This document shows positions 40,831 through 52,388 of a stretch of DNA of 64,000 bases, piece after piece. A program made the position numbers and the translations under genes. The DNA comes from Paracoccaceae bacterium (GTDB lineage: Bacteria > Pseudomonadota > Alphaproteobacteria > Rhodobacterales > Rhodobacteraceae): NCBI GenBank assembly GCA_965116115.1, contig OZ220486.1:2144808-2208807 (forward strand), read 5' to 3'. Numbering within the stretch: position 1 is the first letter of the stretch; the number at the start of each line of letters is the position of its first letter. The notes beneath the pieces were generated by a model, which was given only the letters and a program-made list of their open reading frames with translations, did no database searches and was not told the origin of the DNA.

Positions 40831-41890
40831 TCAGCCCGGTGTTCCGGGCTGCGCTCTGGATCAGCCGCTTCGGCGGCCCGCGGCTACTGCGCCAGCCTCT
40901 TGATTGGACGGATCCTCTGTGGATGAAATACAGCAAAGCTGTGTTAAGGGCGAGGGAAAATAGTGGCTGAATTTTCCCGGAACGCCCTTCAATCGGAGCA
41001 TGTATGCTGCCCCGGCGGATCTCGTCATGCCGCGTTATGAGTGATGTAGTTGATACAGAACCTGTCGTTTCGTTCGCAAGCGTTGATCCGGTATCAATCA
41101 CATTGTGATCAACTCGAGGGTTTTGATTCTTCGGATCCTCATATGCGCCCCGCGTGGCTGGTCAGAGACTGACCTTTGAAAATCGACCGTGGGGTTTGTC
41201 AGGAGAATTCAATCGTTGGAAAACGATAGGTTCGGTTTTCGCCGGGTTGAATCGATCCGGTCCGGCTGGTAGATCACACCGCATACTTCACAGCGGAAGA
41301 TCACTTTCTGCACGCCTTTTCGGAAATCAGGAAGGACATGCGGGCCAGCGTGGCGGAGTTGTGCGGCCGATATAGGTGATCTGAAAAAAGATATTCAGGC
41401 GTTGAACAGGTGGAAGTGGGCCGCCGCCGGTATAGTCGTCCAGGCCGCGGTTTCCGCGTCTGTGCTTGTCGTTTTGCGTGCGTGCTTGGTCGGACGGATG
41501 ATATGACCGCCCGTCGAAACGCGTTGACCCAGACGCTGATATGCGTCCTGGCGTCCGCGCAGGGCTGATCCGGTCGAGGTCGAACTCTCAATCCGGATAT
41601 CCGTCGCTGACAATCGTTCTTGAGCCGTCTCACGCTTTCAGGCGTCTGTTCATATCCGGCGGAGCGGCCGCCTGCCGCCGGCCTGTTTCGGCGGCGAACC
41701 TGCCGGGCGTGTGGACCGTCGTCATCGGGCGGGATTTCACGGCCCGGCCGGCGAAGTAAGGGAGATATCTTGCCATGCTTGAGATTTGCGCGGCGATGTC
41801 GGCGGACGGAGACTCTCCTGCGGGAATGCCTGCCGGCATAACCGTTTATCTGTTCATTCCGGCCGTTTCGGCAGCCGATGACGCCGACTA

Positions 41891-42015
41891 GTAGTCTGAC
41901 ACAGCAAAATTGACGGCAAAAACAGGTTGAGAGAAGAAACCGAAAACAACAAGCTCGATATACTGGAACGTCTACGTCACTATTTCCATTCATCAATATA
42001 ACAATGTCGAACTAC
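41891..42015. mobile_element. 125-bp MITE derived from the IS630-family element, TA-flanked
   Basis: The left end gtagtctgacacag equals the orfA-proximal IS630 end. The right end ...catcaatataacaatgtcgaactac matches the other IS630 end (caatatagcaatgacagactac). TA lies at 41889-90 and 42016-17. Confidence 0.75.
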
Positions 42016-42560
42016 TAGCCGGAACTTCACAGAAAAATCAATCCGGTTTCATCCGCCAATATATTGTTTTTATTTTATTTTCAGCTTGTGGAAAGTGAAT
42101 TCAAACTGTCACGTTTATGGGAACGATTTTTTCAGATCTACTGCCAAGAGTTTGAATGTCCGCCGCTGCAGCTCAGTCGGTCGGGTGACGACCGACGGAC
42201 CCGTTTGCCTTCGCGCCAAGCCTGCCGTAAAAGGACAGCAGGCTTTCCTGTTTGATTCGGCGCGTGTTCGATATTGAAAGCCATTGGATCTGCCTCATGC
42301 GGAGGTTCCCTGTTATGGGAACCCTTTTGCCGTTACATATGGCCGAAAACTCTTTTGTCAATACAGTTTGATGAGAAGAACGCTGTATTTTATTATGGGA
42401 ACAGAGAGCCGCTTTTTCGTGCCGAAAAACGCTGTTTTCATAAATGAAATCAAATGGTTAACAGGCTTGACGGCAAATGAAGTTCCGACTAGCTTTCAGC
42501 GGTGGGTTTGATCCGCCGGGTGTGGTTCGCCTGTCATCAGAACGCAGCCGCAAGATTGTT

Positions 42561-43118
42561 TCAGGAATCATCCTTCCATTTTATGGTGCAGCCCATGGAC
42601 GGAACTTGGGAGGCGGGGCCGGAGCCGGTCTCCGCCACCATTTTCATGGCCTCGTACAGTTCGCGCCGGGTTGACGCGTTCGCGGCGGCGCGGCCGGCGT
42701 CATCCAGGCGTCCCCGGTACTGAAGTTCAAGTCCGGCGTTGAAGCCGAAAAAGTCCGGCGTGCAGACCGCGCTGTATGCGCGGGCGACGTTTTGGCTTTC
42801 GTCATGCAGATATGGGAAAGTGAAACCGGCACGCTCCGCGAAGGTGACCATATTGTCAAAGGAATCCTCAGGATAGCTGACCGCGTCGTTCGAGCAAACA
42901 GCGGCGACCCCTATGCCCAGCGTCCGCAGTTCCCGAGACTCAGAGACAAGCCGGTCAATGACTGAAGTGACATACGGGCAATGATTGCAGATGAACATGA
43001 TCAGGGATCCCTTCGGACCGGACACATCCGCCAGTGACAGTGTTTCACCTTTTGTCGAAGGCAGCGAAAAATCGGGGGCTTTCCAGCCGAAATCGCAAGT
43101 CGGTGGTCGTGCAGCCAA
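42561..43118 (-). CDS. Thioredoxin-fold (AhpC/TSA-like) thiol-disulfide oxidoreductase
   Basis: APDFSLPSTKGETLSL...LIMFICNHCPYV (C-x-x-C). 185 aa. TTG start, uncertain. Confidence 0.75.
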   Translation of the reverse strand: MAARPPTCDFGWKAPDFSLPSTKGETLSLADVSGPKGSLIMFICNHCPYVTSVIDRLVSESRELRTLGIGVAAVCSNDAVSYPEDSFDNMVTFAERAGFTFPYLHDESQNVARAYSAVCTPDFFGFNAGLELQYRGRLDDAGRAAANASTRRELYEAMKMVAETGSGPASQVPSMGCTIKWKDDS

Positions 43119-43190
43119 GACAAATACTCCTTTTTGTTTCCGTTAACTTGTTGCCGCGAACGGCGGCAGGACTCGTCCTTTCCGCCCCGC

Positions 43191-43868
43191 TCAGTGAGAA
43201 GCGGCGGCCTGCCTCAGCGCCGAGATCCGTTCGCCGATCCCGGAAGGTTCGCCGTTAAATACGGCTGAGCCGGCGACAAAGACATTGGCTCCGGCTTCCG
43301 CCGCCGCCGCCGCCGTGTCCGGCGCAATGCCGCCGTCCGCCTGAATGTCAATCGGGCGGCCGCTGATCATTGAACTGATTTCTGAAATCTTGTCCAGCTG
43401 GCTGCGCAGGAATTTCTGCCCGCCGGCGCCGGGATTGACCGTCATGACGCAGATCAGATCCGCTAAGTCCAGCACGTTCGCGACTGCCGCCGCGGGCGTT
43501 CCGGGATTCAAAGCGACGCCGGCCCTGCAGCCTAGGTCACGGATGGTCTGCAGTGATCTGTGCAGATGAGGCCCGGCTTCCGCATGCACCGTGATGATGT
43601 CCGCGCCCGCTTCAGCGAAATGAACGAGCTGGCGGTCCGCCGGCGAGATCATCAAATGGACATCCATGACTTTGCGGATATGTGCGCGCAACGCGGCGCA
43701 GACAGCTGGACCGAAAGTGATGGCCGGCACGAAATGACCGTCCATCACGTCCAGATGCAGCCAGTCGCATCCGCCTTTTTCAGCCATGCGGCAGGCTTCG
43801 CCCAGCGCGGCGAAGTCCGCGCTCAGCACGGACGGCGCGATGATTACGCTGTTTTCAGCAGCATCCAT
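43191..43868 (-). CDS. rpe: Ribulose-phosphate 3-epimerase
   Basis: [15 protein letters not shown]...[20 protein letters not shown]...DVHLM...[12 protein letters not shown]. Confidence 0.93.
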   Translation of the reverse strand: MDAAENSVIIAPSVLSADFAALGEACRMAEKGGCDWLHLDVMDGHFVPAITFGPAVCAALRAHIRKVMDVHLMISPADRQLVHFAEAGADIITVHAEAGPHLHRSLQTIRDLGCRAGVALNPGTPAAAVANVLDLADLICVMTVNPGAGGQKFLRSQLDKISEISSMISGRPIDIQADGGIAPDTAAAAAEAGANVFVAGSAVFNGEPSGIGERISALRQAAASH

Positions 43869-43924
43869 TGCGCTGATACAGCCGCTGGTCGGCGTGGCAG
43901 GACAATGTTCCGGTTTCCCGGGGC

Positions 43925-45868
43925 TTAACTGGACGTGCGGTTGGCGATCAGGTCTTCGACTACCTCAGGTTCCGCCAGGGTGGAAGTGTCGCCCAAAGCG
44001 CCGTAGTCGTTTTCCGCGATCTTGCGCAGAATCCGCCGCATGATCTTGCCGGACCTCGTTTTCGGCAGACCGGGCGCCCACTGAATGACATCGGGTTTAG
44101 CGATCGGGCCGATTTCTTTGCGCACCCACTGCATCAGCTCAGCTTTCAGCGCATCATTCGGTTCAATGCCCTTCATCAGTGTCACATAAGCATAGATGCC
44201 TTGGCCCTTGATATCGTGCGGAAATCCGACAACCGCGGATTCCGAGACCGCGCTGTGGGCCACCAAGGCGCTTTCGACTTCCGCAGTGCCCATGCGGTGC
44301 CCGGATACATTCAATACATCGTCGACCCGCCCGGTGATCCAGTAATAGCCGTCGGAGTCGCGGCGACACCCGTCTCCAGTGAAATAATAGCCGGGATAAT
44401 GGCCGAAATACGTGTCCATGAAACGCTGGTGATCGCCGAAGACGGTCCGCATCTGCCCGGGCCAGCTGTCCTTGATGCACAGCACTCCTTCCGCCTCGTC
44501 CGTATGGACTTCCTCCCCCGTTTGCGGGTCCAGAATTGCCGGCACGACTCCGAAAAACGGCTTTGTCGCGGAACCGGGCTTTGTAGGGATGGCTCCGGGC
44601 AGCGGAGTGATCAGATGACCTCCTGTCTCGGTCTGCCACCAAGTGTCAACGATCGGGCATCGTCCGTTGCCGACGACATTGTGGTACCATGACCAGGCTT
44701 CAGGATTGATCGGCTCGCCGACCGTGCCCAGAACCCTGATCGATGACAAGTCGCATTTTTTAACCCATTCGTCGCCTTGGCCCATCAGGGCGCGGAGAGC
44801 GGTCGGCGCAGTGTAGAACTGGTTGACTCTGTGGGTTTCGCAGACTTGCCAGAAACGTGAACAGTCCGGGTAGGTCGGCACGCCTTCAAACATCAGGGTG
44901 GTCGCGCCGTTTGCCAGCGGTCCGTAGACGATGTAGCTGTGGCCGGTCACCCAGCCGACATCGGCTGTGCACCAGAAAATGTCGCCTTCATGATAATCGA
45001 ACACGGTTTCATGGGTCAAGGCCGCAAACAGTAGATATCCGCCGGTCGTATGGACGACTCCCTTCGGCTTTCCGGTGGAGCCGGACGTATACAGGATGAA
45101 CAGCGGATCTTCGGCTCCTGTTTCCCGGCATTCGCAGTTGACGCTGAGTCTTGACGACATTTCGCTGTAATCAAAGTCCCGGCCTGCCTTCCACTCCACT
45201 TCGTCGCCGGTGCGGCGGACAACCAGAGTCCGCACGTCGCCGCCGCATGACTCCAGAGCCGTGTCGGTGTTCTTTTTCAGCGGCGTTTTCCGTCCGCCGC
45301 GCGGCGCCGCGTCGGCGGTGATCACCAGTTTCGCATCCGAATCCTGAATGCGGCTCGCTAAGGCGTCGGGACTGAAACCGGCGAAAACGATGGAATGCAC
45401 GGCGCCTATGCGGGCGCAGGCCAGCATCGCGTAGGCGGCTTCGGGAATCATCGGCAGGTAGATGACCACGCGGGATCCGGTTTGAACGCCCAACTCCAAG
45501 AGCGCATTCGCCATGCGGCAGGTGTTTTCGTGGAGCTCCCGGTAGGTGATGTGTTCAGCTTTCTGGCCGGGGTCGTCAGGCTCCCAGATGATCGCTGTCT
45601 GGCCGCCCCTGGATTCAAGATGCCTGTCTATGCAGTTCCAAGACGCATTGATTTTTCCGTCTTCGAACCATTTCACCGAGACATCAGGAATGTTGAAATT
45701 CACTGATTTGACTTGGGTGAAGGGTTTGAACCAATCGAGCCGGCCGGCTGCTTTTCTCCAGAATTGTTCAGGATCATTGATTGATTTGGTGTACATATCT
45801 TCATAGCGTTGTGCATCGACATGCGCTTTCGCGGCAAAACGCGGATCAGGGTTGTGGATTTCGCTCAT
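43925..45868 (-). CDS. acs: Acetyl-CoA synthetase (acetate--CoA ligase)
   Basis: 647 aa. [15 protein letters not shown]-binding motif, WWQTETGG, and C-terminal [17 protein letters not shown]. Confidence 0.95.
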   Translation of the reverse strand: MSEIHNPDPRFAAKAHVDAQRYEDMYTKSINDPEQFWRKAAGRLDWFKPFTQVKSVNFNIPDVSVKWFEDGKINASWNCIDRHLESRGGQTAIIWEPDDPGQKAEHITYRELHENTCRMANALLELGVQTGSRVVIYLPMIPEAAYAMLACARIGAVHSIVFAGFSPDALASRIQDSDAKLVITADAAPRGGRKTPLKKNTDTALESCGGDVRTLVVRRTGDEVEWKAGRDFDYSEMSSRLSVNCECRETGAEDPLFILYTSGSTGKPKGVVHTTGGYLLFAALTHETVFDYHEGDIFWCTADVGWVTGHSYIVYGPLANGATTLMFEGVPTYPDCSRFWQVCETHRVNQFYTAPTALRALMGQGDEWVKKCDLSSIRVLGTVGEPINPEAWSWYHNVVGNGRCPIVDTWWQTETGGHLITPLPGAIPTKPGSATKPFFGVVPAILDPQTGEEVHTDEAEGVLCIKDSWPGQMRTVFGDHQRFMDTYFGHYPGYYFTGDGCRRDSDGYYWITGRVDDVLNVSGHRMGTAEVESALVAHSAVSESAVVGFPHDIKGQGIYAYVTLMKGIEPNDALKAELMQWVRKEIGPIAKPDVIQWAPGLPKTRSGKIMRRILRKIAENDYGALGDTSTLAEPEVVEDLIANRTSS

Positions 45869-46082
45869 CTTTCGGCCATATTTTCGATCATGTTCCTGCT
45901 GTTTCGGATGCTGACGGCATCTGATCGGGTTGAATATACGAACCGCGTGGAAATATTAAGCCAAAACTGGACGCCGAGCCCGATTTTGCTTGAATCCATC
46001 TTGTTCGCCGTGATTCCGTGCGGCGTTCCGGCTGAACGTCGGACAGTCGCGCTTTGGTCATTTGCGCCGGCGGATTGCCGTA

Positions 46083-46817
46083 ATGCCTGAATCGGAAAGC
46101 TATCCGCGCATCCGGCCGGCCGGCGACCAAGCTGTCTTGGTCGAATTCGGCGCGGCCTATTCGAAGGAAGTTAGCCGTGCCGTTATGGCTTTTGACCGCA
46201 TGTTGCGTACGGCTCCTGCCGGGGTGAGCGAGACCGTGCCGACAATCCGTTCCGTGCTGATCACTTTTGATCCCGCCTCAATTGACCCGGAGCGTTTGGA
46301 AAGCTGGTGCGCGGAAAAACTTGCCGGCGCCGACTGGTACGATTCGCCGTTGATCGGGGAAGGGCCCCGCTGGCGGATTCCGGTGATATACGGCGGAGGG
46401 CACGGTCCCGAGATATCGGAAGCGGCCGCAATGGCAGGACTGACGGAAAACCAATTGATCGAAAGGCATGCATCCGTCGATCTGACAGTGCTGTGTCTCG
46501 GGTTTTCGCCCGGACTGGCATATCTCGCTGAATTGCCGGAAGAATTCGCGATTCCGCGGCGGCAGGCCTACGGCCGTCCGGTGCCGTCAGGCTCCGTTCT
46601 GATCGCCAACCGGCAGACTGTGTTGCCCGCGACGCCGATACCCACCGGCTGGCGGCGCATCGGCGTCACGCCACTGCCGACTTTCCGGCCGAGCCGCAGT
46701 AAGCCGTTTCTTCTCTCGCCCGGCGATGTCGTCAGGTTCGAGCCGGTCAGTGAATCAGAGGCCGCGGAATTCAGGCCGGATACTGTTTGGGACGCTCTTG
46801 GCGATAGCCGGACTTGA
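46083..46817 (+). CDS. pxpB: 5-oxoprolinase subunit B (KipI / allophanate hydrolase subunit 1 family)
   Basis: YPRIRPAGDQAVLVEFG...IRSVLITFDP...LGFSPGLAYL. Context with pxpC and pxpA supports the call. Confidence 0.85.
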   Translation: MPESESYPRIRPAGDQAVLVEFGAAYSKEVSRAVMAFDRMLRTAPAGVSETVPTIRSVLITFDPASIDPERLESWCAEKLAGADWYDSPLIGEGPRWRIPVIYGGGHGPEISEAAAMAGLTENQLIERHASVDLTVLCLGFSPGLAYLAELPEEFAIPRRQAYGRPVPSGSVLIANRQTVLPATPIPTGWRRIGVTPLPTFRPSRSKPFLLSPGDVVRFEPVSESEAAEFRPDTVWDALGDSRT

Positions 46818-47820
46818 AATCAAGCGTCTGCAGCCCGGGGCGTCGATTCAGGACAGGGGACGGGCAGGCTTCCGCCGGTTCGGGGTGACGAAAGGCGGCG
46901 TGATGGATCAGTTCGCCCTTGCGGAGGGACAGGCGCTGCTCGGTAACGGCGCTGACTGTGCCGCTCTGGAAATGGCTGGCCGGGGCGGGGAATTCCGTTC
47001 GGTCGGACGCAACGTAATCGCCTGTACGGGTGCCGAGATGAAACTTTCCGTTAACGGCCGGGAAGCCGCATGGCGGCAGACAATGGCTCTGCGGGACGGA
47101 GATATGCTTGAGATCGGCGCCTGCGCGGAAGGCAGTTACGGCTATCTGCATCTGCCCGGCGGCATTGACGGTCCGGTCGTGCTCGGCTCCCGATCGGCGC
47201 ATGCGCACGCTGAGCTCGGTTGGACGCCGAAGCCGGGCGAAAGGCTGGTTCCGCTTGCGGATCGCTGGCCGAAGGAAGGCCTGCGTTTGCCGCGGCCGGC
47301 TTATTTCACCGACCGGATTATCCGGATCATGGAAGGTCCGCAATCGAAACTGTTCGCTGAGCAGGATTTCCGGTCCCTGCGGCAGGCGGAATTCCGCGTG
47401 ACGAACGCGCGTAACCGGGTTGGAATGCGGATTGAGAGTTCAATGGGCCCCATAAGCGCGGATCTGGGGACGGTCATTGCGTCCGATGCCATCGTCGCGG
47501 GAGACATCCAGATCGCCGCTGACGGGATCGCCGCGGTGCTGCTGGCGGATTTTCAGCCTGTCGGCGGCTATCCGAGGATCGCGACCGTGATCACTGCGGA
47601 TTTGCACAAACTTGCTCAAATGCCTGTCGGGACGGCGTTCAGAATGCGTATGGCGGATCGGCGGCAGGCTCTGAAGGAGCTTGCGGACCTCAGGTCGCTG
47701 ATTGCCGGTCTTCCCGGCCGGATCGAATCCGCCGTCCGCGATCCGAAAGACATGGCGGATTTGCTGGCGTATTCGCTGATTGACGGTGTCATATCGGGAG
47801 ATGAACAGGATGAAGATTGA
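46798..47820 (+). CDS. pxpC: 5-oxoprolinase subunit C (KipA / allophanate hydrolase subunit 2 family)
   Basis: LQPGASIQDRGRAGFRRFGVTKGGVMDQFAL...GGYPRIATVI. The start is uncertain: either the TTG at 46798 or the ATG at 46726. Confidence 0.8.
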   Translation: MAIAGLEIKRLQPGASIQDRGRAGFRRFGVTKGGVMDQFALAEGQALLGNGADCAALEMAGRGGEFRSVGRNVIACTGAEMKLSVNGREAAWRQTMALRDGDMLEIGACAEGSYGYLHLPGGIDGPVVLGSRSAHAHAELGWTPKPGERLVPLADRWPKEGLRLPRPAYFTDRIIRIMEGPQSKLFAEQDFRSLRQAEFRVTNARNRVGMRIESSMGPISADLGTVIASDAIVAGDIQIAADGIAAVLLADFQPVGGYPRIATVITADLHKLAQMPVGTAFRMRMADRRQALKELADLRSLIAGLPGRIESAVRDPKDMADLLAYSLIDGVISGDEQDED

Positions 47821-48568
47821 TCTGAATTCAGACCTTGGCGAAAGTTTCGGTCCATGGAAGATGGGTCATGACGAAGAGCTTCTGGCCGTCGTCACCTCCG
47901 CCAATATCGCCTGCGGTTTCCATGCCGGAGATCCGCTGCATATGCGCGAAACCGTCCGCACCTGCAGGGAGAACGGCGTCGGGATCGGCGCTCACCCGGG
48001 ATTCGCGGATCTCATGGGATTCGGTCGGCGGGAAATCTCCGGAATCCCGGCGGAAGAACTGAAAGCCGTGATCATTTACCAGATCGGGGCCCTGAGGGCG
48101 CTCGCAGAGGCTGAGAGTTCATCTGTCCGGCATGTCAAAATGCACGGCGCCCTCGCCAATATGGCCAGCCGGAGCCAGAGTCTGGCTGACACAGTTATCG
48201 GCGCGGTGCGGGAGTTTGACAAGTCGCTCATCATCGTCGCGATGGCTTCAACCTGTCTTGAACGGGCGGCCAAAGCCGCCGGGGCGGCCTATGTGGCTGA
48301 GATTTTCGCTGACCGCGCCTACAATGATGACGGCACGCTGGTTTCCCGGAGAGAACCCAACGCGTTGATTCGCGACCCGCGAACCTGCGCCGACAACATT
48401 CTCCGCGCTGTTGAGACCGGATCGCTGATCTCACGCAGCGGAGCCAAAGTGCCAGTGAATGCCGGCACGGTCTGCGTGCACGGTGACAAGCCGGAAGCCG
48501 TCCGGATCGCGTCCGAGGTGCGGAACCGTCTTGATCAGGCCGGAATTGAGGTGGCGCGGTTCGAATGA
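47810..48568 (+). CDS. pxpA: 5-oxoprolinase subunit A (LamB/YcsF family)
   Basis: MKIDLNSDLGESFGPWKMGHDEELL...ANIACGFHAGDP...VKMHGALAN. The ATG at 47810 overlaps the pxpC stop. Confidence 0.9.
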   Translation: MKIDLNSDLGESFGPWKMGHDEELLAVVTSANIACGFHAGDPLHMRETVRTCRENGVGIGAHPGFADLMGFGRREISGIPAEELKAVIIYQIGALRALAEAESSSVRHVKMHGALANMASRSQSLADTVIGAVREFDKSLIIVAMASTCLERAAKAAGAAYVAEIFADRAYNDDGTLVSRREPNALIRDPRTCADNILRAVETGSLISRSGAKVPVNAGTVCVHGDKPEAVRIASEVRNRLDQAGIEVARFE

Positions 48569-48588
48569 GCGCGGAGGCCTGGCGCGTA

Positions 48589-49188
48589 TCAGACGCCGGC
48601 GGATGTCTCTTCGGCCTCTTCGGATCCGTCCTCGGCTGCCTCCTCGAAGTCAGAGGTTTCGGAAGGGATGACGCCGCTCTCCGGCTGATCCTCGTCGCCT
48701 GGCGCAGGGATATCCTCGCCCTTGGCTTGAAGCGCGGCCTCTTCCTTGGTCCGTGCCACATTCACTTTGATCCTGACCGTGACTTCGGGATGCAGTGTCA
48801 CGTCCACATCGTGAATTCCCAGAGCCTTGATCGGACGCTCCAGCCTGATCTGCCTGCGGTTGACGGAAATGCCTTCTTCGCCGGCGACTTCAGCGATGTC
48901 GCGCGTTGTCACGGAGCCGTAAAGGGAACCGACTTCGGATGCCGAACGGATGAGTACGAGTTCGCGTTCCCTGATTTCAGCCGCGGCTTTGTCGGCTTCG
49001 CTTTTAAGTTCCAGATTCCTGGCCTCGAGCTCGCTCCGCCGGGATTCGAAGTCTGCCAGATTCTCCGCCGATGACCGCAAGGCCTTGCCCTGGGGCAGCA
49101 GGAAATTTCTAGCGTAACCGCTTTTGACTGAGACCACATCGCCCATCTGGCCGAGTTTCGACACGCGTTCAAGGAGGATGACTTGCAT
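48589..49188 (-). CDS. rplI: 50S ribosomal protein L9
   Basis: [36 protein letters not shown]. It has an acidic C-terminal extension. Confidence 0.93.
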   Translation of the reverse strand: MQVILLERVSKLGQMGDVVSVKSGYARNFLLPQGKALRSSAENLADFESRRSELEARNLELKSEADKAAAEIRERELVLIRSASEVGSLYGSVTTRDIAEVAGEEGISVNRRQIRLERPIKALGIHDVDVTLHPEVTVRIKVNVARTKEEAALQAKGEDIPAPGDEDQPESGVIPSETSDFEEAAEDGSEEAEETSAGV

Positions 49189-49198
49189 GCCCCGGCTC

Positions 49199-49426
49199 CT
49201 ATTTGATGGTGTAAGGAAGCAGCGCGAGAAACCGGGCGCGCTTGATCGCCGTGGCGAGTTCCCGCTGTTTCTGCGATGACACGGCGGAAATCCTGCTGGG
49301 AACGATCTTGCCGCGCTCCGAGATGTAACGCTGCAGGAGCTTGATGTCTTTGTAATCGATTTCAGGGGCGTTCTTGCCGGAAAACGGGCAGACTTTCTTG
49401 CGCCGGAAAAATGTCTTTCTGGCCAT
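49199..49426 (-). CDS. rpsR: 30S ribosomal protein S18
   Basis: [12 protein letters not shown]...[24 protein letters not shown]. Confidence 0.95.
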   Translation of the reverse strand: MARKTFFRRKKVCPFSGKNAPEIDYKDIKLLQRYISERGKIVPSRISAVSSQKQRELATAIKRARFLALLPYTIK

Positions 49427-49452
49427 CTGAATTGTCCTTGTTCTGTTAATGC

Positions 49453-49800
49453 TCAGCGGTGACGGCGCGGTTGCTCCTCGCGCTTCTGGATCATCGGCGA
49501 CGGATCTTCGGAATGTTTCTTGACCTTGATGGTAAGGACACGCAGCACGTCATCATGCAGGCGCATCAGCCTTTCCATTTCCTGGACAGCCGCCGGCGGG
49601 GAATCGGTCTTCAGCAGAAAGTAATGGCCTTTGCGGTTCTTCTTGACCTTGTAGGCCATCTTCTGAAGTCCCCAGTTTTCTTTGCCGACCAGATTTCCGC
49701 CGTTGTCGGCCAATACGGAAGCAAACGACTCGGACAGTTCGTCAGCTTGGGCGTGGGATAAGTCCTGCCGCGCAATCATCACGTGTTCGTAAAAGGGCAT
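49453..49800 (-). CDS. rpsF: 30S ribosomal protein S6
   Basis: [15 protein letters not shown]...[18 protein letters not shown]. Confidence 0.95.
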   Translation of the reverse strand: MPFYEHVMIARQDLSHAQADELSESFASVLADNGGNLVGKENWGLQKMAYKVKKNRKGHYFLLKTDSPPAAVQEMERLMRLHDDVLRVLTIKVKKHSEDPSPMIQKREEQPRRHR

Positions 49801-50214
49801 CTCAACGCTCCTGATCCGCGCACTTCAAAGCATGGCGAAACAAACTTCCGCCGCCATGCACGAGAGGTGCATCCTGCATAATTTCCGCGGAAGCGGACCC
49901 TACATACACCGCCGCCGCTGAAGTGCAACACCGGATCGGGTGAAATTGAAGAAAATAATCGGATGATCGAACGGCCGGCAGTTCGCCGCAGTGAACCGCG
50001 CTTGAATTCTGAGGATCCTGCCCCCCCCCCCCGGTTTTGACCGCGGGAGGGGGAGGGATTGACGCAGCCGTTCTTTCGTTTCTAAGCGATTTTCCGGCGG
50101 TTCGACCGGATCCGCGGAAAGCCGCTTCCTTGGAACAGGAATGAATCTCTCCAAGAACTTTCCATTGGACGCTATCGGTGGAATTATGCCCGGCCCAACT
50201 GATTTTTTCAGCGA

Positions 50215-50500
50215 TATTTGATGAAAGCCTGCCAACCTTGATGCGGGGGAAGCCTCTCTCAGCCTCTGATATACTGACTGGAAGTTGTCGAAGGACTGCT
50301 TTGGCATTCCTCCGGCGCTTTAACGTTGCGGCAGACCTGCCGGAGCGTGCTGTCTATCGATTCGATGATATCCGCGCCCGCCGCCGACCTTCGCAGTTCA
50401 AGCGACAGACCGGGCTTGGCGATGGTCAGCGTACGCCGGGAGATTCCCGTTCTCAAGGTCGGCAAGCGCTGCAGAATAATCTCGTGCTTATCCGTACATT
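50215..50500 (-). mobile_element. Degenerate C-terminal remnant of another IS256-family transposase
   Basis: ORF 50259..50465 has ADIIESIDSTLRQVCRNVK, compared with TNIIESMNSTVRQVCRNVKRW in the intact copy. It is frameshifted and has no termini. Confidence 0.5.
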
Positions 50501-50511
50501 CCGTTCTATCT

Positions 50512-50660
50512 TCAGCGTTTCGTATTCTGAATTTCCAGGATCCATTCCGTCACCAATTCCAGACCGGTTATATTGTCGAAGTCGCGAGCGTTGTGTGTTA
50601 ACAGCGGTATTTCATGCTTGACTGCGCATGCGGCAATCCAAGCGTCATTTGAGGAAATCT
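50512..50660 (-). pseudogene. vapC: vapC (PIN-domain toxin) 3' fragment, separated from its 5' part by IS256 copy B
   Basis: My reverse translation gives ISSNDAWIAACAVKHEIPLLTHNARDFDNITGLELVTEWILEIQNTKR*. This joins in frame to ...RRKLGREIS of the 5' fragment once the IS and one copy of the 9-bp duplication are removed. Confidence 0.7.
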
Positions 50661-52094
50661 GGGGATGTCCCACTTGGTGTTGAATTTGATATGGGCGGTG
50701 TTGCCTCTCCCCCGAGCATCAGCTCGGGGATTTTTGAAGAAAAAGGAAGCAACACCATGAAGACCATCAGCACATTCTCCCGCGCCTCCGCCAGCGTTTC
50801 GAACATCGACGCGCTCGTCGAAGAGGCGTACGAAGACGTGACCGAGAGTTTCGAGAAATTCTGTCTGACGACGGGCATCGCGTATCTGCGGCAGATGATG
50901 GACGAGGACGCCGAACGGCTGGCCGGGAAACGTTACAGTCATTCTCCCGACAAGCCGGGGCACCGCTGGTGCCATACGCGCTCCCAGGTCGGGTTTCACG
51001 GCGGCAAGGTCGGCATCGACCGCCCCCGGCTCCGCTGCAAAGCTGCGGGCAAGGAGATGTCTCTGCCGAGCTGGTAGGAGATCTCCGCGGACGGTTATCT
51101 CGACCGACAGTCGGTGAACTTGATGACCGCGAGCGCAGCGACCCGCAAGTTCCGCCGGACGGTGAGGATTCCGGAGGCCGGGGTTCCCTGCGGGGCGGGC
51201 TGCGGGCTGTCGAAATCGGCCGTGTCCCGCCGGTTCAAGGCGTTGACGCAGGCGAAGTTTGATGAATGGATGACTTCCGATCCATCGGAGCTTGATCTCG
51301 TCGCGGTTCAGATCGACGGGCTGCATATGAGCGACCGCCTGCTGATGATCGGGGCCGTCGGCATTGACGCGTCGGGGCGTAAGCGCCCGCCAGTCGTCAT
51401 CGAAGGCGCGACGGAGAACGCCGCGACCGTGCAGGCTCTGCTTGATGATCTGATCCGGCGCGGGCTTGATCCGAAGGGCTGTTATCTGTTCATCGTCGAC
51501 GGAGCCAGGGCGCTCAGCAAGGCGATCCGGCGCACTTTCGGCGCGGACATCCCTATTCAGCGCTGTCAGGTTCACAAGGGCCGCAACATCATCGACCGTC
51601 TCGCCGCGGAACATCACGCCGGCGTGCGGCGGACGCTCAGGCAAGCCTGGGAACTTGATGACGCCGACAAGGCCGAGCGGCTGATGCGCAGCCTGGCTCA
51701 GCGGTTCGAACAGGAGGCTCCGGACGTCTCCCGGTCGATACTTGAGGGCTTGGACGAGGTCCTGACCGTCTCCCGGCTCGGCCTGCCGTCAGAGCTGCGG
51801 CGGTCGCTGGCGAGCACGAACATCATCGAGTCGATGAACAGCACGGTCCGGCAGGTCTGCCGCAACGTGAAGCGCTGGAGGAACGCCGGGATGGCTCTGC
51901 GACAGCCCGCTGCCGGCATGACAGGGCCGAGAGGGGTTTCCGCCGCATCAAGGCTTACAGGCAGCTGCCCGTTCTCAAGCAGGCTCTCATCGAACATCGT
52001 CGAAAGAATCGGCTTGACCGGCTCAAGGACGCCGCGTAGGTAGTCGACAGGCAGCATCGCTCCTGCGGATTTCAACACCAAGCGGGACATTCCC
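50661..52094 (+). mobile_element. IS256-family element copy B (1434 bp) with 9-bp target duplication; transposase has an in-frame TAG and a late frameshift
   Basis: aggaaatct is present at 50652-60 and 52095-103. ORF 50628..51077 ends SW*, then ORF 51114..52043 follows. A 1-nt deletion near 51925 changes the C-terminus (AAGMTGPRGVS versus AAGMMEAEKGF). Confidence 0.9.
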
Positions 52095-52386
52095 AGGAAA
52101 TCTCTCTGCCAAGTTTTCGCCTTTCGTTCAGGATGCGGCCGTAACAGCGGGCAATCTCTTGATGGTAAGGGAGCACGATAAAATTCCGTAACGTCTCTTC
52201 GAGTTGACGTTGCCTCTTTTGGCCCCAGCACGCCTTCTCCGCTCCAAAGTAAAGTTCGCCGACCGTAATGAACGTAACAGCAAGCAACCGACCCTGAATA
52301 TGCGACCCATAGGCATCCGCTAAGCGTCCTCCCCTCATAAGGTACGAAACAGTGTTCGTGTCGAGAAGGGCAGGAGCTTGCCGCAC
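52095..52386 (-). pseudogene. vapC: vapC 5' fragment
   Basis: ALLDTNTVSYLMRG...FITVGELYFGAEK is a PIN N-terminal acidic motif. The GTG start is 2 nt downstream of the upstream gene's stop. Confidence 0.7.
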
Positions 52387-52388
52387 GG

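Noticed and set aside
41100-41890. 231-aa ORF 41301..41996 (-) and several 70-aa ORFs in the 41-42 kb region
   Set aside because: They are extremely Arg-rich, have no motifs, and overlap each other in all frames. The region looks like degraded non-coding or ancient pseudogene DNA between IS110 debris and the MITE.
42160-42250. tRNA-like string gcagctcagtcggt and a hairpin aagcctgc...gcaggctt (42218..42245)
   Set aside because: No acceptor or T-arm pairing can be built around the D-loop-like string. The hairpin is more than 300 nt from the nearest gene end and lacks a convincing U-tract on the relevant strand.
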